Shown: positions 21,201-31,301, numbered from the whole stretch's first letter. The stretch is 63,986 bases of DNA, filler included, from Stramenopiles sp. TOSAG23-3 (GCA_900128585.1; 4 parts of 4 records of this genome joined end to end with filler, not necessarily neighbours in it), one strand, 5' to 3'. Notes: generated by a model from the letters alone, not told the origin. Numbers and translations are program-made.

Positions 21201-21838
21201 GCGAAATTCGATAAAACTGCCAAAGAGTTGCAGCTCAGCCCGGTTAAGTTTGCGTGGTCGCTACGAAAGTACAATGCGGCTGCAGAGACCAAAAATTGGT
21301 GCTTTAAACTGGCCGTATTCCTTACGCAAACTATGTTTTGTACCCCGTACAATTTTTTGAAATCATCGACTCTCGAAGGGAAAAAATTTATCTCGCAGAT
21401 CCCCCCTTTCTTCAGCAGAGATTTTTTCTCCTTGAAGGCTAACTTTTGGTTTTGCTGGTAGAGCACAAACGGTGAAGGTTGGTTTTCCAAACCATGGTAG
21501 ACTTCTCCTTTGACATATTCCTTGTCGTTATCAAAGTAAGGCGTGCTTTCGTGCAAATGCAGGAGTTTAAACGCCCTAAGTAGGGTCCCTTTTCCACCGC
21601 ACGGCAAAAAATTGGCGGTTAGCAAGTACCGCGATTCAACAAGAAAAGAATCTTTGCCTTGGCCCTTTTCGTTCTCCGCCAGCTGCGCCATTTTACTAGT
21701 TATACTATCTCGACCTTTCGTCGGCTCGTCTTCAAAAAACTCGTTCGTTTGCTTTATCAAATAGAGATCTTGGGATTCGCTGTTGTATGCATAAATACAG
21801 ACATAAAATCTTAAACTATAGAGTTTCCTTGCATACAT
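18266..21838 (-). CDS. Putative Trl1/Rnl1-family ATP-dependent RNA ligase with N-terminal P-loop kinase-like and 2H phosphoesterase-like domains
   Basis: C-terminal nucleotidyltransferase motifs KANG (I), SKN (Ia), FEY..HQHI (III), EGSV (IV), KLK (V) and YIMLRAIRE; N-terminal FLPCGGKGT; central HLT...SN. Start may be the ATG at 21691. Confidence 0.75.
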   Translation of the reverse strand: MYARKLYSLRFYVCIYAYNSESQDLYLIKQTNEFFEDEPTKGRDSITSKMAQLAENEKGQGKDSFLVESRYLLTANFLPCGGKGTLLRAFKLLHLHESTPYFDNDKEYVKGEVYHGLENQPSPFVLYQQNQKLAFKEKKSLLKKGGICEINFFPSRVDDFKKLYGVQNIVCVRNTASLKHQFLVSAAALYFRSDHANLTGLSCNSLAVLSNFASLQKQQAEKFDQVDDTIEVSTICATENSPLLTAWFTDELFLQLLALGREVAQNEDGKFERVFGKGYQIPFSERSLFYDDHHRKEIYSIPSLPSNETGKSTLHFDKEKYSQYLKSVEEGEGGKRVVAGSSEAPSKTEVRYMKRKLTSIWAERQPAFQTFVQNMSESMCSGILKTYRRSIEDVCKDLKSGYDAFVQRTAIDVKSCTSIEKVSRIGFAVIDQTMAKTFFSKLLNGTAVYRTDTDPILVTNNLSFTYAFGVNACDTHAPALQEFVGQADSAENLGCFEIFVDGVYFYEGVYFSPATVQNKLTGKYIERPLGHLTIAEGLHKKVMSNAGMAWIELATKISDEKVSFDAKLETTLCQIGHVDREEVKTLNIQIRDVERQIDAKRAEIEPEVAELSKTFTELSQIRQSIGAQVDEILRPYRIGTSKKLNKPSEDCDPEEFQTFKAALRKAGEIGKPIKQLQKQISKVQTRIKRLKEPLEEAMKEKRKYVKLIQAEHSNSPPPSGVFDFNVRLQKEALVDFKRKCEEILEGDRNTLNDSVDQDKEFTKKIWSIAWLQISHVSLHFQACDYGRFSEEYYNYCMGQPDVSVQEEEGTGEDLVAGFRAKVDARGTPDDVIYKRSPHLLQTIRRGLSWKKDNAGKKLSAFGLKKFSGVEDNLIDGDKDAELEFDLDGVTRILPTYKANGENGQFGFLTLSDGSVTLYAGSKNLKVYIPWSELGNFRDHLPASQHYSFANEIATHLCNMLLNMESKESLVNFVLATGCTIVFEYESVSHQHIVLLEENRIVLIGLTSPFFTVPISHPILTYLFGRMYGFKTVIQSLEFRKPTDFRQIVREVAQEYQSEGSVPLCFTADGACRQMKLKSAWYIMLRAIREISCRLMVQGTKAPSEINAAVEKRLNSLKHSKDFLPLKDKAIDLWKDSILIPFCHWLCYENRMDVELARNQFPVHYSNFLTQKGKDDTVKDLYSLVDEQLAV

Positions 21839-22080
21839 TTCTGAATGGATTCAATGTTTAGATAGATTTATTTATCATCTATATTTACTTTGAACTTTTT
21901 TCGTTCGTGCTGATGAGATGAGACGGACGAGGAGAGGAGAGAGAGGATGATTTTTTTTTCTTGTGGATGGATGATGAAGAATATTGTTGATGATTATAAT
22001 TTTTTACCCTATACTATGATGGTGCTATTATTATTTTATTGAATAAAAAATTATATTTTATTAATTATTTAAAAAAACAA

Positions 22081-22272
22081 CAAAGAAAGAAGAAGAAGAA
22101 AGAAGAAGAAGAAAAAAAAAGAAGAAGAAAAAAGAAGAAGAAAAAAGAAGAAGAAAAAAGAAGAAGAAGAAGAAAAAGAAAAAGAAAAAGAAGAGAAGGA
22201 AGAGAAGGAAGAGAAGGTAGAGAAGGAAGAGAAGGAAGAAAGAAGAAGAAAAGGAAGAAGAAAGAAAAAGAA
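22081..22272. repeat. Polypurine (GAA/GAAA; AGAGAAGGA x4) low-complexity tract
   Basis: About 190 nt almost purely A/G. Generates the spurious K/R/E-rich ORF 22039-22299. Confidence 0.9.
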
Positions 22273-22424
22273 GATGATCTTATAATATTTTCGGATTGAT
22301 GATGAAATTCTTCTTCTTTTTTTTTCTCTTTCTTTTTTTCTTCTTCTTCTTCAGCTCCTCTCCTCCTCCCACCATCACCATTAGAAAATCCTGAAAGAAG
22401 AAAAGAAGAAGAAGAAAGAAAGAA

Positions 22425-22455
<31 letters not shown>

Positions 22456-22709
22456 AAGAATTTAATCTAAGAAGCCTATTTTATGATGATATAGTGTTAA
22501 GTGTATTTTAAAAAAAGAGTAAGTATAGTTAATGTATGTTTATTATGTCACCGGAAGGGGAAATAAAATAAAACTAATATCATAACTGTTAAAACAATAT
22601 ATTTTTATTGAAAGAATCCAACTTAAGATATCATAATAAAAATCTAAAGGAACGTTCATGTTTGAAACGATAGACCAATGGCAAGTTGACGATTCATCCC
22701 CCATTTCCT

Positions 22710-25082
22710 TTACAATGCTTCTGTCGACAAAAGTAACAAGCCTTTCGGCCCGCTTTTGAACTGGGCTTTCCTCTCCTCCCCTTCAAATTCGTCGTCGCCG
22801 TAATCGTCTTCGCTTTCTTTCCTATTCTGCTCCTCTTTCAAGCGCTTGCGCATGCGAGTATTGCTGGACTGCTCTGCGATGGCAGCGTTTGCTACGCGGC
22901 GCAACAAGTCACTCTGCTCTCGGCGCAGTTGCTCCTTTGCATCGATGATGCCCATTGATTGGCCGGCGCCGCTGGAAATGCTATTTGTGCTATCCTGCAT
23001 GGACTGGTGGCTGGAATGACTCGGGCCCTTGACACGGGCCAGGTTAGATTCGTACCGTTGCTCTATTTCCGTTCGTAAGAACGGCGTGTCGTTCAGCTGC
23101 TCCTCGGCCTCGATGCCGATGGCAATGTCCATGTCCTCCGGAATGTCTACGCGTGGAATGCGATCGCCGTGGCTTCGGAGGGGCTTGGAGATTGTCATCT
23201 CGCCCAGGCGCTCTTGCACACAGGCCCGCTTATAACTAACGCTGGAGCGTCGGCGGTTGTCCAAGCTGCTTGCGATCAACGACTCGCCTTGGGAAGCTGA
23301 GTCTGGGTCAAGGGCCTTGATGGCATACGCGTGCACGGTTTCTTTCAAGTGATTCTCCAAAAATCCCAGTTGCGACAAGACTTTGAAATCAGAGGGCCTT
23401 AGCCTTTCAATCACATTCTCGTAATCGTCGGCAGCAGCACTTTTTTCGTTCTCTTTGGAATCGCCCTCTGCAGTCGACGCCGCTTTGACGGGGCTCGCCC
23501 CCGGGCCGTCGGAATCTTCCATTGCCGAGCCTCCCGCGCGCAGATAGCAGGTATTGACTTGGTCAGACAGCAGCAACATTTGGTCTTTCCGCTCCCGGAA
23601 GGCATGGATACCATCGTGCACCGTTTTCTCCAGCTTGTTGACCTGCACCCTTAGCGTATCCGCCAAGGCTTTCGTCCCAGCATCCGCGGAGTCCCCGCTC
23701 ATCTTGTTCTCTTCCATCTTCTTCAACTCCTTGGTCAGCTTTCTAACTTCCTTCTCCAAGATTCCGATTCGGTTCTTCTCGTTCTGCATCTCTTTATTTA
23801 CACGAAATCGGTTGTCGTCGTCTTTAGCGAGCAAATCGACGACATGATCTCGCAGGTCCTCCTCGCTCATTTCGGTTCGGAGCTTTGCCAAGTTGGAGTC
23901 GATCAAAATCTGTTGCCACTTCTCCGACAACTCGGTGGTCATTTCTTGCATAACGTCGGGCTGCATCTGGGTGGCCCCGCCACTGTTCTGCATTGGGTCT
24001 TCCTTCTTGGAGGTGGCATGCGGCGACGATACCGGAGACGGGCCGCTGTCCACACTCTTGTTCCGGTGCTCCACCGTAATGGCCTGCGCTTCGCGCTCCC
24101 TTGCCCGCTGGGCCTTTGCTTCTTCGCGCTTGCGGTTTCGCTCTTGGCGCTTTGCTTTCTCTTCGGCCTCACGGGCTAATTTCTCTAAGCGTTCTTGCTC
24201 TTGCTCGGCTTTCGTGATCTTTTCTGCCTCTTCATCAAACTCAACCAACTTCTCGTTCCACTCGTTCATCGCTTGCTTGTATTCGCTGGAAAGCTCGTCC
24301 CGCTCCCGCTGGGTGTCGTCCATCTCCTGCTCGTCCTTTTTCACTTGGTCTTTCAGGGCGTCCACTTCAGTGCGCATTTCGGAAAGGATTTTTTGAAATG
24401 TGGTTCTCTCTCTTCTCAAATTGTCGATATCGTACTTTATGGTCATGTTGTCCCCCACCGCGTCGTTCACTTCGGCCCGTTTCGTCATCGTCCGCCGCTT
24501 CAGGATCTCGCAGGACCGGTCTAACATTCTCTGGTTCAAAATGGAGCAGTTGTGGGCACCTGTGACTGGAAGAATCACCACTGCCTCGGAATCCTGCGCT
24601 CTGGGGGCCATGTTGTGCGACGCTGTCCGCTCGAGGCAGGCGACCGTCTGCTGCTTCATGAACTCGATGTCTTCCGTGCAGGTCTCGATTTTATCTTTCA
24701 TTTTTTCGATCCGGGACGTAAAGCGCTTCTTCAAAGTTTCCAAAAAGTTGGTGTCGTTTTTCAAATTGATTGTCTTTGTCGATGCTAACAAGGAGCCGGT
24801 CGTCTCCGTGTGCAAAGTGGACTTGATTTCCCGGATTGGGGACTGCTTTGGAACGTACAGCAAATGCACGGGACTTGCGGAGCGCGTGCCGATGTCGTCG
24901 AGCATTTCCGCCACTCGCATCGCCTCTTCCGGTTCCGCGCCCCGTAAATCGTACGTATGGAGCAGCGCTTTCAAAGCCTTTTCCCGCCGCGCCGTCCGCA
25001 TACGCTTTCGGAGCTCTTCCTCCTTTAACATGGCTTGCCCTTTGCTCTTCTTCGCGGACGGGCGCGGAGGTCGTGAAGACAT
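22710..25082 (-). CDS. Coiled-coil protein, outer dynein arm docking complex (ODA-DC2/CCDC63/CCDC114)-like
   Basis: Long coiled coils; IDNLRRERTTFQKI and VLSQLGFLE resemble conserved DC2/CCDC114 blocks. Confidence 0.6.
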   Translation of the reverse strand: MSSRPPRPSAKKSKGQAMLKEEELRKRMRTARREKALKALLHTYDLRGAEPEEAMRVAEMLDDIGTRSASPVHLLYVPKQSPIREIKSTLHTETTGSLLASTKTINLKNDTNFLETLKKRFTSRIEKMKDKIETCTEDIEFMKQQTVACLERTASHNMAPRAQDSEAVVILPVTGAHNCSILNQRMLDRSCEILKRRTMTKRAEVNDAVGDNMTIKYDIDNLRRERTTFQKILSEMRTEVDALKDQVKKDEQEMDDTQRERDELSSEYKQAMNEWNEKLVEFDEEAEKITKAEQEQERLEKLAREAEEKAKRQERNRKREEAKAQRAREREAQAITVEHRNKSVDSGPSPVSSPHATSKKEDPMQNSGGATQMQPDVMQEMTTELSEKWQQILIDSNLAKLRTEMSEEDLRDHVVDLLAKDDDNRFRVNKEMQNEKNRIGILEKEVRKLTKELKKMEENKMSGDSADAGTKALADTLRVQVNKLEKTVHDGIHAFRERKDQMLLLSDQVNTCYLRAGGSAMEDSDGPGASPVKAASTAEGDSKENEKSAAADDYENVIERLRPSDFKVLSQLGFLENHLKETVHAYAIKALDPDSASQGESLIASSLDNRRRSSVSYKRACVQERLGEMTISKPLRSHGDRIPRVDIPEDMDIAIGIEAEEQLNDTPFLRTEIEQRYESNLARVKGPSHSSHQSMQDSTNSISSGAGQSMGIIDAKEQLRREQSDLLRRVANAAIAEQSSNTRMRKRLKEEQNRKESEDDYGDDEFEGEERKAQFKSGPKGLLLLSTEAL

Positions 25083-26201
25083 GGTTCGTTGTAATATCTA
25101 CGTATATAAATATATATGTATGTACCAACGCTGGTCCGTTCACGCTCAATGCCTTCCTTTCAATATTAACTTCTAACAGAACATGCGCTCGTCTTTCCAA
25201 TGAAACTTGCATCGATTCAAACACATTTTTCACTTCGATCTGATTATACAACGGTTGTAGGATCCAATCCATGATAGATAAACATAAAAATTTGCCTCTT
25301 CTTCTTAAAAAAAAATTTAAAAAAAATAAAACAAAATTTCATTGGTTTATAAATCATCCATAATTATGAAGTAAATAGTATACTACATTATCTAATTCAA
25401 CGGATCCATTATAATATTAACTAATTCTTTTCTTTTAAATTCAATTAACGTTTTACGCATTAGATTCTATTCTATTTTTTATATTTTCATCATTTCGAAG
25501 CAAAAGTTCACTTAAAAAACAAAAATACATCACCAATTTTAATACATGGGAATATCATATAAATCATTTTCTGTCTACAACGGTAAAAAATATGTTAAAA
25601 TATACGAATACAACATAGTCACAGCATAGGATGAACAAACATAACATACACACAGTGAGTGGATACATTTTACAACGATGAAATGTTTATGTTTTAGAAT
25701 ACAATATATTGTAGTTTAATTCATTGATGAATGATAGGTCAGAAAAGAGAATAGAATTGATTTTGATAGGGAATTGTTTGTATTTATATTTTATATACTT
25801 AGAAAGAGATGGGTTTCTTCTCCTGGGTTTCTGTGACACTTTTTTTTCTTCTTCTTTTTTCTTTTTTTCTTTTTTTTTCTTTTCGGCGGTGGCGGCGGTG
25901 GCATTCGGTTGGTTTCGAGAAGTTAATAATTATTATTATTATACTGTGTATTCATGCGTTGTAGCTTCGATTTTGTTGTTGCAATTGATTATGGTCTCGT
26001 GTTGCGCACACCGTTCTATATGGTTTTTGGTTTTTTGGTTTTTTGGCTTATGCAATAGTGCACGTTTGGGGGTGAAAAAGATCGATAAAAAAAATCTTTC
26101 ACAGAATACGTTCGGCCCATTCCAACAAAGTAGAACATTCCTGTGAGGGAAATCGAAAGCGTTTCCCCAGCCTTGGCGAATAAGTTCGCCCACTGGAACG
26201 C

Positions 26202-27071
26202 ATGTACCGTGTCTCAATAATTGGAGATCGGAAAACCGGTAAGACCAACTTGATAAACTGGTTGTTAGAAGGGCAGGAATCGAAAACGAAGGATGTGTGC
26301 GTTGGCGATTTCAAGTTACAATACGATTATAATAAAGTGGACGGGTCGCTTCATACGTTTCAGTCGGCTAAAGAACCGAGCAAACAGTACCTTGAAAGCA
26401 GGGAGAACGCTATCCCACGAAAGTATCGGGGCAACAATCGATTGGTGATAAAAGAGCGCGTTGGTTTTAGCAAACGGTATAAAGCGACGGTGTCCCCTTT
26501 ATTCTACCAGGCGAACGTAGGCGAGGATACCATTCAAGTGTGGGACAGCTCTGGGGTGAAGGAATTTAGTCGGTTAGGATTAGTGTTTGAGGAGTATAGA
26601 AAAGTTGACATTTTCCTCATCGCGTTTAGCATAGCGGATAAGAGCACGTTTGAAAGCATCAAAAAGTGGAATCGAGACATTGTCCAACAGCTGGCCCACA
26701 TGGGAGCGGGTCACAGAGTTCCCATCATACTTGTCGGGACGAAACTAGACAAAGAAGAGAGCCGGGAAGTCTCCCAAAGCAGGGTACAAGATTACTGCAG
26801 GAAACAGAGAGGGGAAGATATACCATTTTTTGAAGTGAGTGCCCGAGTACCTGAGGAGGGTGCGAGCATACACCAAGTCTTTGAGGAAGCCATCGAGCTT
26901 GTTAAAAAAACAAGGGCGGGCCGCGAGGGAGGGACTCGTGCACCCGCAAAACCTAGCACCGACGTCCCCACACTTCCCATGCCATCGTTTTACAAAGAAA
27001 AGGATACAAGGAAAGCGGGCAGTCGAGCAGACACCTCTGGCTGCAAAACGCCAGATTGTGCCGTTCAATGA
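26202..27071 (+). CDS. Divergent Rab (Rab7-like) small GTPase
   Basis: G1 GDRKTGKT, G2 YKATV, G3 WDSSG, G4 GTKLD, G5 EVSA; C-terminal CAVQ. Confidence 0.8.
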   Translation: MYRVSIIGDRKTGKTNLINWLLEGQESKTKDVCVGDFKLQYDYNKVDGSLHTFQSAKEPSKQYLESRENAIPRKYRGNNRLVIKERVGFSKRYKATVSPLFYQANVGEDTIQVWDSSGVKEFSRLGLVFEEYRKVDIFLIAFSIADKSTFESIKKWNRDIVQQLAHMGAGHRVPIILVGTKLDKEESREVSQSRVQDYCRKQRGEDIPFFEVSARVPEEGASIHQVFEEAIELVKKTRAGREGGTRAPAKPSTDVPTLPMPSFYKEKDTRKAGSRADTSGCKTPDCAVQ

Positions 27072-27281
27072 GTATAATTGATTTTACGAAAAGAGTAAGC
27101 AAAATTAATGCCTGTTATTTAGATGATATTTAGGGAATCTTTCCTAGAAGAAAAATCAAACTTGACTGTAGGGGTGTGGACGTGGAGGGGGGCACTAAGG
27201 GACGGAAAACCATTCCTCCGCTCCTCCTTAATATTTATTACAAAGAGTGCTTCCATTCTACAACCTTCTCACAGTGTGGCT

Positions 27282-28490
27282 CTATTCCTTGCCCGACTTC
27301 GCCTTCTTGGCGTCGTCTTTGTCCGGTTGGTCGCTTGGCTTCCTTTTGTTCGCGCGAATTGGCGTTCTGGGGAGACGAAATTCTGCGCACATCATCAACT
27401 TATTCGGCGCGACGTCCCTCACTTGACGCACGCTCCCGTTGCCGTTTGCAATTGGGTCGTGGCCAAGCACCTTTGCAACGCGCTCCTGAACGTCCTTTTC
27501 TGGGTCCGCGGACTTGCTAAAGCAGTACGTGTGCACCAATGGCATTTCAAAATCGTCCGGCCAATCGTCCATGCAACCATCAACAAATACGTCCAAAAAT
27601 TCGATCCCCAGAGCCGGCAAATTCATAAAAACTTGCGTAAACACTTTCCCCTCCGCTCGCAGCGAACGGACGAAATCGCGGCCATCCATGTTGTAGGCCT
27701 TGATGTTCTTCCCCAATTTGTTCAGCTTGATGTTCTCTACCAAATACTTGTGCGAACATGGGTTCAAATCGTTTGCAAAAACTTTGCAGCCCTTCTTGGC
27801 TGCCGGGACAGCAAAGGGGCCAATGCCGGCCATCATGTCGCAGACAACCTCGTCGGTCGACGGTTTCAAGCCTTTTACGATTCGTAAATGCTCGTGCTGC
27901 AGCCTACTGTTCCAATACACCTCCCTGAAATTGAACTTAAATCTACAGCCACTTTCGTTGACCATGACGTCGAGGTCGTCCTTGCCCGCAATAACCTCCA
28001 TCGGGAACGTCCTGAACTCTGTGGCTATGGAGCTCGTCTTGTGCACCACGGTCCGCACGTGCCTGTTTTTGTCTATGATGACTTTTCCGATCAAATCTTT
28101 GTGCGGCAAGTGCTCCTCCCTTAAATTGAAGTGTGCCACGTGGCCAATGGTCTCAAAGTGAGACGGGATCTCTTCTATCGTGCTCGGGAGCAGGCGTTTC
28201 AGCACTTCTTGGCTGTTGAAGTGGTCGTACCCAAGCTCCAGCTGGAAGTCCGTGATGGTGCCCCCGACCTCGTCAATAAACTTGCTGTCCTCCTCCGTCA
28301 GTCGAACGTCCTCTTGAAGAAGCACCAGCCGCATGTCCTTGGCGCCGTTTGGATCACGAACAATATTACGAACCTTCGGCATCTTCAACATGATGTTCTT
28401 CATCTTCTTTTGAAACGCACCGCAGTGTCGGCAGTGCGTCAAAATCGCTTTCACGCTCACGTGCTTAACAAACAGCTCCTTTGGGATCAT
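27282..28490 (-). CDS. TRM5: tRNA (guanine37-N1)-methyltransferase Trm5
   Basis: FETIGHVAHFNL, EFRTFPMEVIAG, VYWNSRLQHEH, DMMAGIGPFAVP, ANDLNP, MNLP, VRDVAPNKLMMC. Confidence 0.95.
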   Translation of the reverse strand: MIPKELFVKHVSVKAILTHCRHCGAFQKKMKNIMLKMPKVRNIVRDPNGAKDMRLVLLQEDVRLTEEDSKFIDEVGGTITDFQLELGYDHFNSQEVLKRLLPSTIEEIPSHFETIGHVAHFNLREEHLPHKDLIGKVIIDKNRHVRTVVHKTSSIATEFRTFPMEVIAGKDDLDVMVNESGCRFKFNFREVYWNSRLQHEHLRIVKGLKPSTDEVVCDMMAGIGPFAVPAAKKGCKVFANDLNPCSHKYLVENIKLNKLGKNIKAYNMDGRDFVRSLRAEGKVFTQVFMNLPALGIEFLDVFVDGCMDDWPDDFEMPLVHTYCFSKSADPEKDVQERVAKVLGHDPIANGNGSVRQVRDVAPNKLMMCAEFRLPRTPIRANKRKPSDQPDKDDAKKAKSGKE

Positions 28491-29227
28491 TTTTAATCCA
28501 AAAGAATAACCCGAGGGATAGGGTAGAGGTCACGCACAACGTTGTTATAAATTTTTTGCTACGTCTTGTTGTTGTTGTATCATTGCATTCATTCATACTC
28601 AACTCCATTCTTTCGATGTTTTCCTTTTCGTTTCGGGACTAAATACTTCCTCTGTGTAGTAGTAGTAAAAATTCAAGTAATGCAATCAACAATATTTATT
28701 TATTTTTATTTATTTTTATTTAGTAGATGAAGAAAGAAGAAGAAGAAGAAGAAGAAAAGAAGAATTTAATAATAATCTTCTTGCTTCTTCTTCTCTTCTT
28801 CTTCACACCAACGTCCGTCCGTCCGACCACCACTCACCATCATCCGACGACGACCGACTGTTAGTTAAATATAATAATTAATAATTATTTATAATTTTTT
28901 CTTCTCTTTTCTTCTTCTTTCTTTCTTTCTTTCTTTCTTTCTTCTTCGATGTATATTTATAATAAAATATAATAATAAATAATATTTTTTTTGTGTTGCT
29001 TTTTTTTTGTTTTTGTGAACTTTTGTGTGTGGGGGGGGGAGGAGGAAGAAAGGAGTGGGTAGGTGGGGGTGGTCATAAAAAACAAGAAGCGAACAAATAC
29101 AAATGGGGTTTTGTTGAAGAAGAATTGAAAACGAAACAAAAGTTTATTGTTGTATACCATTTGATATTTATTTAAACTAGACGAATAATATTGGTGGCTT
29201 TCGTCGGAATTTTCATCGTCTCTTACT

Positions 29228-30475
29228 ATGACGTTTGCGGCAAAATTGTTGATGGTAATTACCACTGCTGGGGCGGTGCCTTGGGGTAGGTTTGCAACTG
29301 TATTCTTCCTGCATAGTGGAGTTTCTGCGTCACGGCTTGGACTTCTGCGGGTCGTTGGCCTTGTTGGCAAAACGCTGGCGTACCCGGCGTGGGGCGTGTT
29401 TGCCGATATGATCAGGGACGTTCGGCTTGCGCTCTTGGCTTCTATTGTCCTGTCCAGCGCCTCGCTGGTGCTGTTTCGGTCGTCCTACGTTCTGTCGACC
29501 TTCGGCGCGCTCTTTTTGGTCAAATTGCTTCGTTCGCTGCTAAACGCAGTGTGGCCGTTGACGGAGGCGATGGCGCTCAAGTTGATAGCTGGCGGAAAGG
29601 AGGGGTACGGAAAGCAACGTTTGTGGTGTGCAATCTCGTGGGGGCTTGCTTCGTTTGTAGTTGGGAACTGCATCGACCGTTTCGGTGTCACCGCAATTTT
29701 CGAACTTACCTGGGGGATTTCGTTGGCAACAGTAATTTTGGTCATGCTCTTCATCCCAAAGCCATCCGCAGACGCAGCGCTGAACCATGGCAAAAAAAAA
29801 GTGTCCGGCCTGTCCGTGAAGGACCTGATACTGTATTCGAAAGATTTCATTTCATCTGGAGAAAATTCGCAGTTTTACATCACAATGTTCGTGTACGGGT
29901 TTGTGTTTTCGCTTTCCGAAGTCGTGCTTATGATCGCCATGGAAAAGGACTTCCGGGCGTCCAAGACGCTGCAAGGGTTAGCGATAACCGCGAGCACCGT
30001 GATTGAAGTCCCTGTCTTTTACTATTCGGATAGTCTCTTAAAATCATACAGTGTCTCAAAGATGTTCCTTGTCGCGCATTCCACGATGGCCTTTCGCCTG
30101 CTCGCGTACTCGATGGTTCCGCTCAGTGCCCCGTGGATGATCGTGGTGATTCAGCTCTGTCATGGGCTCTGCTTTAGCCTGATGTGGGTCGCGGCCGTGT
30201 CGTTTGCCAGCCAACGGGCACCGAAAGGCATGGAAGCGACCGCGCAAACCATGCTTTCGAACGTATGGGTACTTGGAAATGGGTTGGGCGCCGCGTTTTG
30301 GACAAACGTGTACGAGCGGGCCGGATCTTTCCGATTTGTTTTTCTCGTTGGGGTGTTGGTTTTGGCAACCCTGATTTCTTGGTCTCATTGGAAAGGCCCC
30401 ATCGGAACGATTTCAAAAAGCAAGCGCGAACCGGACACCAAAAGAAAAAATATTGAGCTAGTTTCGTCCGTTTAG
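29228..30475 (+). CDS. MFS transporter (MFS_1-like / MFSD6-like)
   Basis: About 12 TM helices; WGVFAD, YGKQRLW, EVPVF, QLCHGLCFSL. Confidence 0.85.
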   Translation: MTFAAKLLMVITTAGAVPWGRFATVFFLHSGVSASRLGLLRVVGLVGKTLAYPAWGVFADMIRDVRLALLASIVLSSASLVLFRSSYVLSTFGALFLVKLLRSLLNAVWPLTEAMALKLIAGGKEGYGKQRLWCAISWGLASFVVGNCIDRFGVTAIFELTWGISLATVILVMLFIPKPSADAALNHGKKKVSGLSVKDLILYSKDFISSGENSQFYITMFVYGFVFSLSEVVLMIAMEKDFRASKTLQGLAITASTVIEVPVFYYSDSLLKSYSVSKMFLVAHSTMAFRLLAYSMVPLSAPWMIVVIQLCHGLCFSLMWVAAVSFASQRAPKGMEATAQTMLSNVWVLGNGLGAAFWTNVYERAGSFRFVFLVGVLVLATLISWSHWKGPIGTISKSKREPDTKRKNIELVSSV

Positions 30476-30581
30476 GTGCCAACGTGTAGTAATCATATCA
30501 TTATTATGTTTCCACTCTTTATGTGAATTTCTAATGGACAAAAGCTGAGTAGATTCATTTTCGCGGTATATGAATTACGTC

Positions 30582-31301
30582 TTAGATCATGCATAAATTT
30601 GATTGAATATCTAAGGGCACGCTATGCAACGTTTGTTCATCGATTTCCAGCAAGGACATTGCAGCTGCTTCGTCGCCTGCTGCTAGTGCATGACCACATG
30701 CATGAAACTTTTCCGTGACATCTTCGATCTTTATGACCACGGTTGGATCCAACAGCATTGCTACAGCCTCCTTTCTCAAACCTATTTGAATTGACCGTAT
30801 ATCCCGTCCACTTCCACTTCCAATTTTTTTCGTATATACATTTTTATCCACCGTCGGTGTTTGTGCAATTGGCTTCTTCTTTCTGTCGGTACCGTTGTTG
30901 GGTGCCAAAAAACGTTCGGGGTCCCATTGTACAACGACGTTGGAGTCCTTCGGTCTGGCTTTTCCTCCGCCACTTTTTCCGTCGTGGGAAGATAAGACCG
31001 CAATGGACAATAGTTCATAAAGTTTATCTAACGGTATAGTCAATGCCAAAATGTTCGTTTGATTTCTATCTTTGTAAATCCCCCAGCCACAACGGTACCC
31101 CATCCAAACGGCAGAAGGCTTGATCCATGTCATTCGTTCTTTCGACCAAAGCCCAGCTTGCATGGGCCCACAAAACGAGTTCGACGCAACTGCTGCTCGT
31201 GCAATTTGAGAATTGTAAGCTTGGTAAACAATAATGGTGCGTCTCCCCTTGCCATCCACGCGTTGAGTGGCTCGAATTTGTCTCTCTTGCAATCCTGCCA
31301 T
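30582..31301 (-). CDS. DUF4291 family protein
   Basis: IVYQAYN..IA, RMTWIKPS..WMGYRCGWG, VQWDPER, RSIQIGL. Confidence 0.88.
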   Translation of the reverse strand: MAGLQERQIRATQRVDGKGRRTIIVYQAYNSQIARAAVASNSFCGPMQAGLWSKERMTWIKPSAVWMGYRCGWGIYKDRNQTNILALTIPLDKLYELLSIAVLSSHDGKSGGGKARPKDSNVVVQWDPERFLAPNNGTDRKKKPIAQTPTVDKNVYTKKIGSGSGRDIRSIQIGLRKEAVAMLLDPTVVIKIEDVTEKFHACGHALAAGDEAAAMSLLEIDEQTLHSVPLDIQSNLCMI

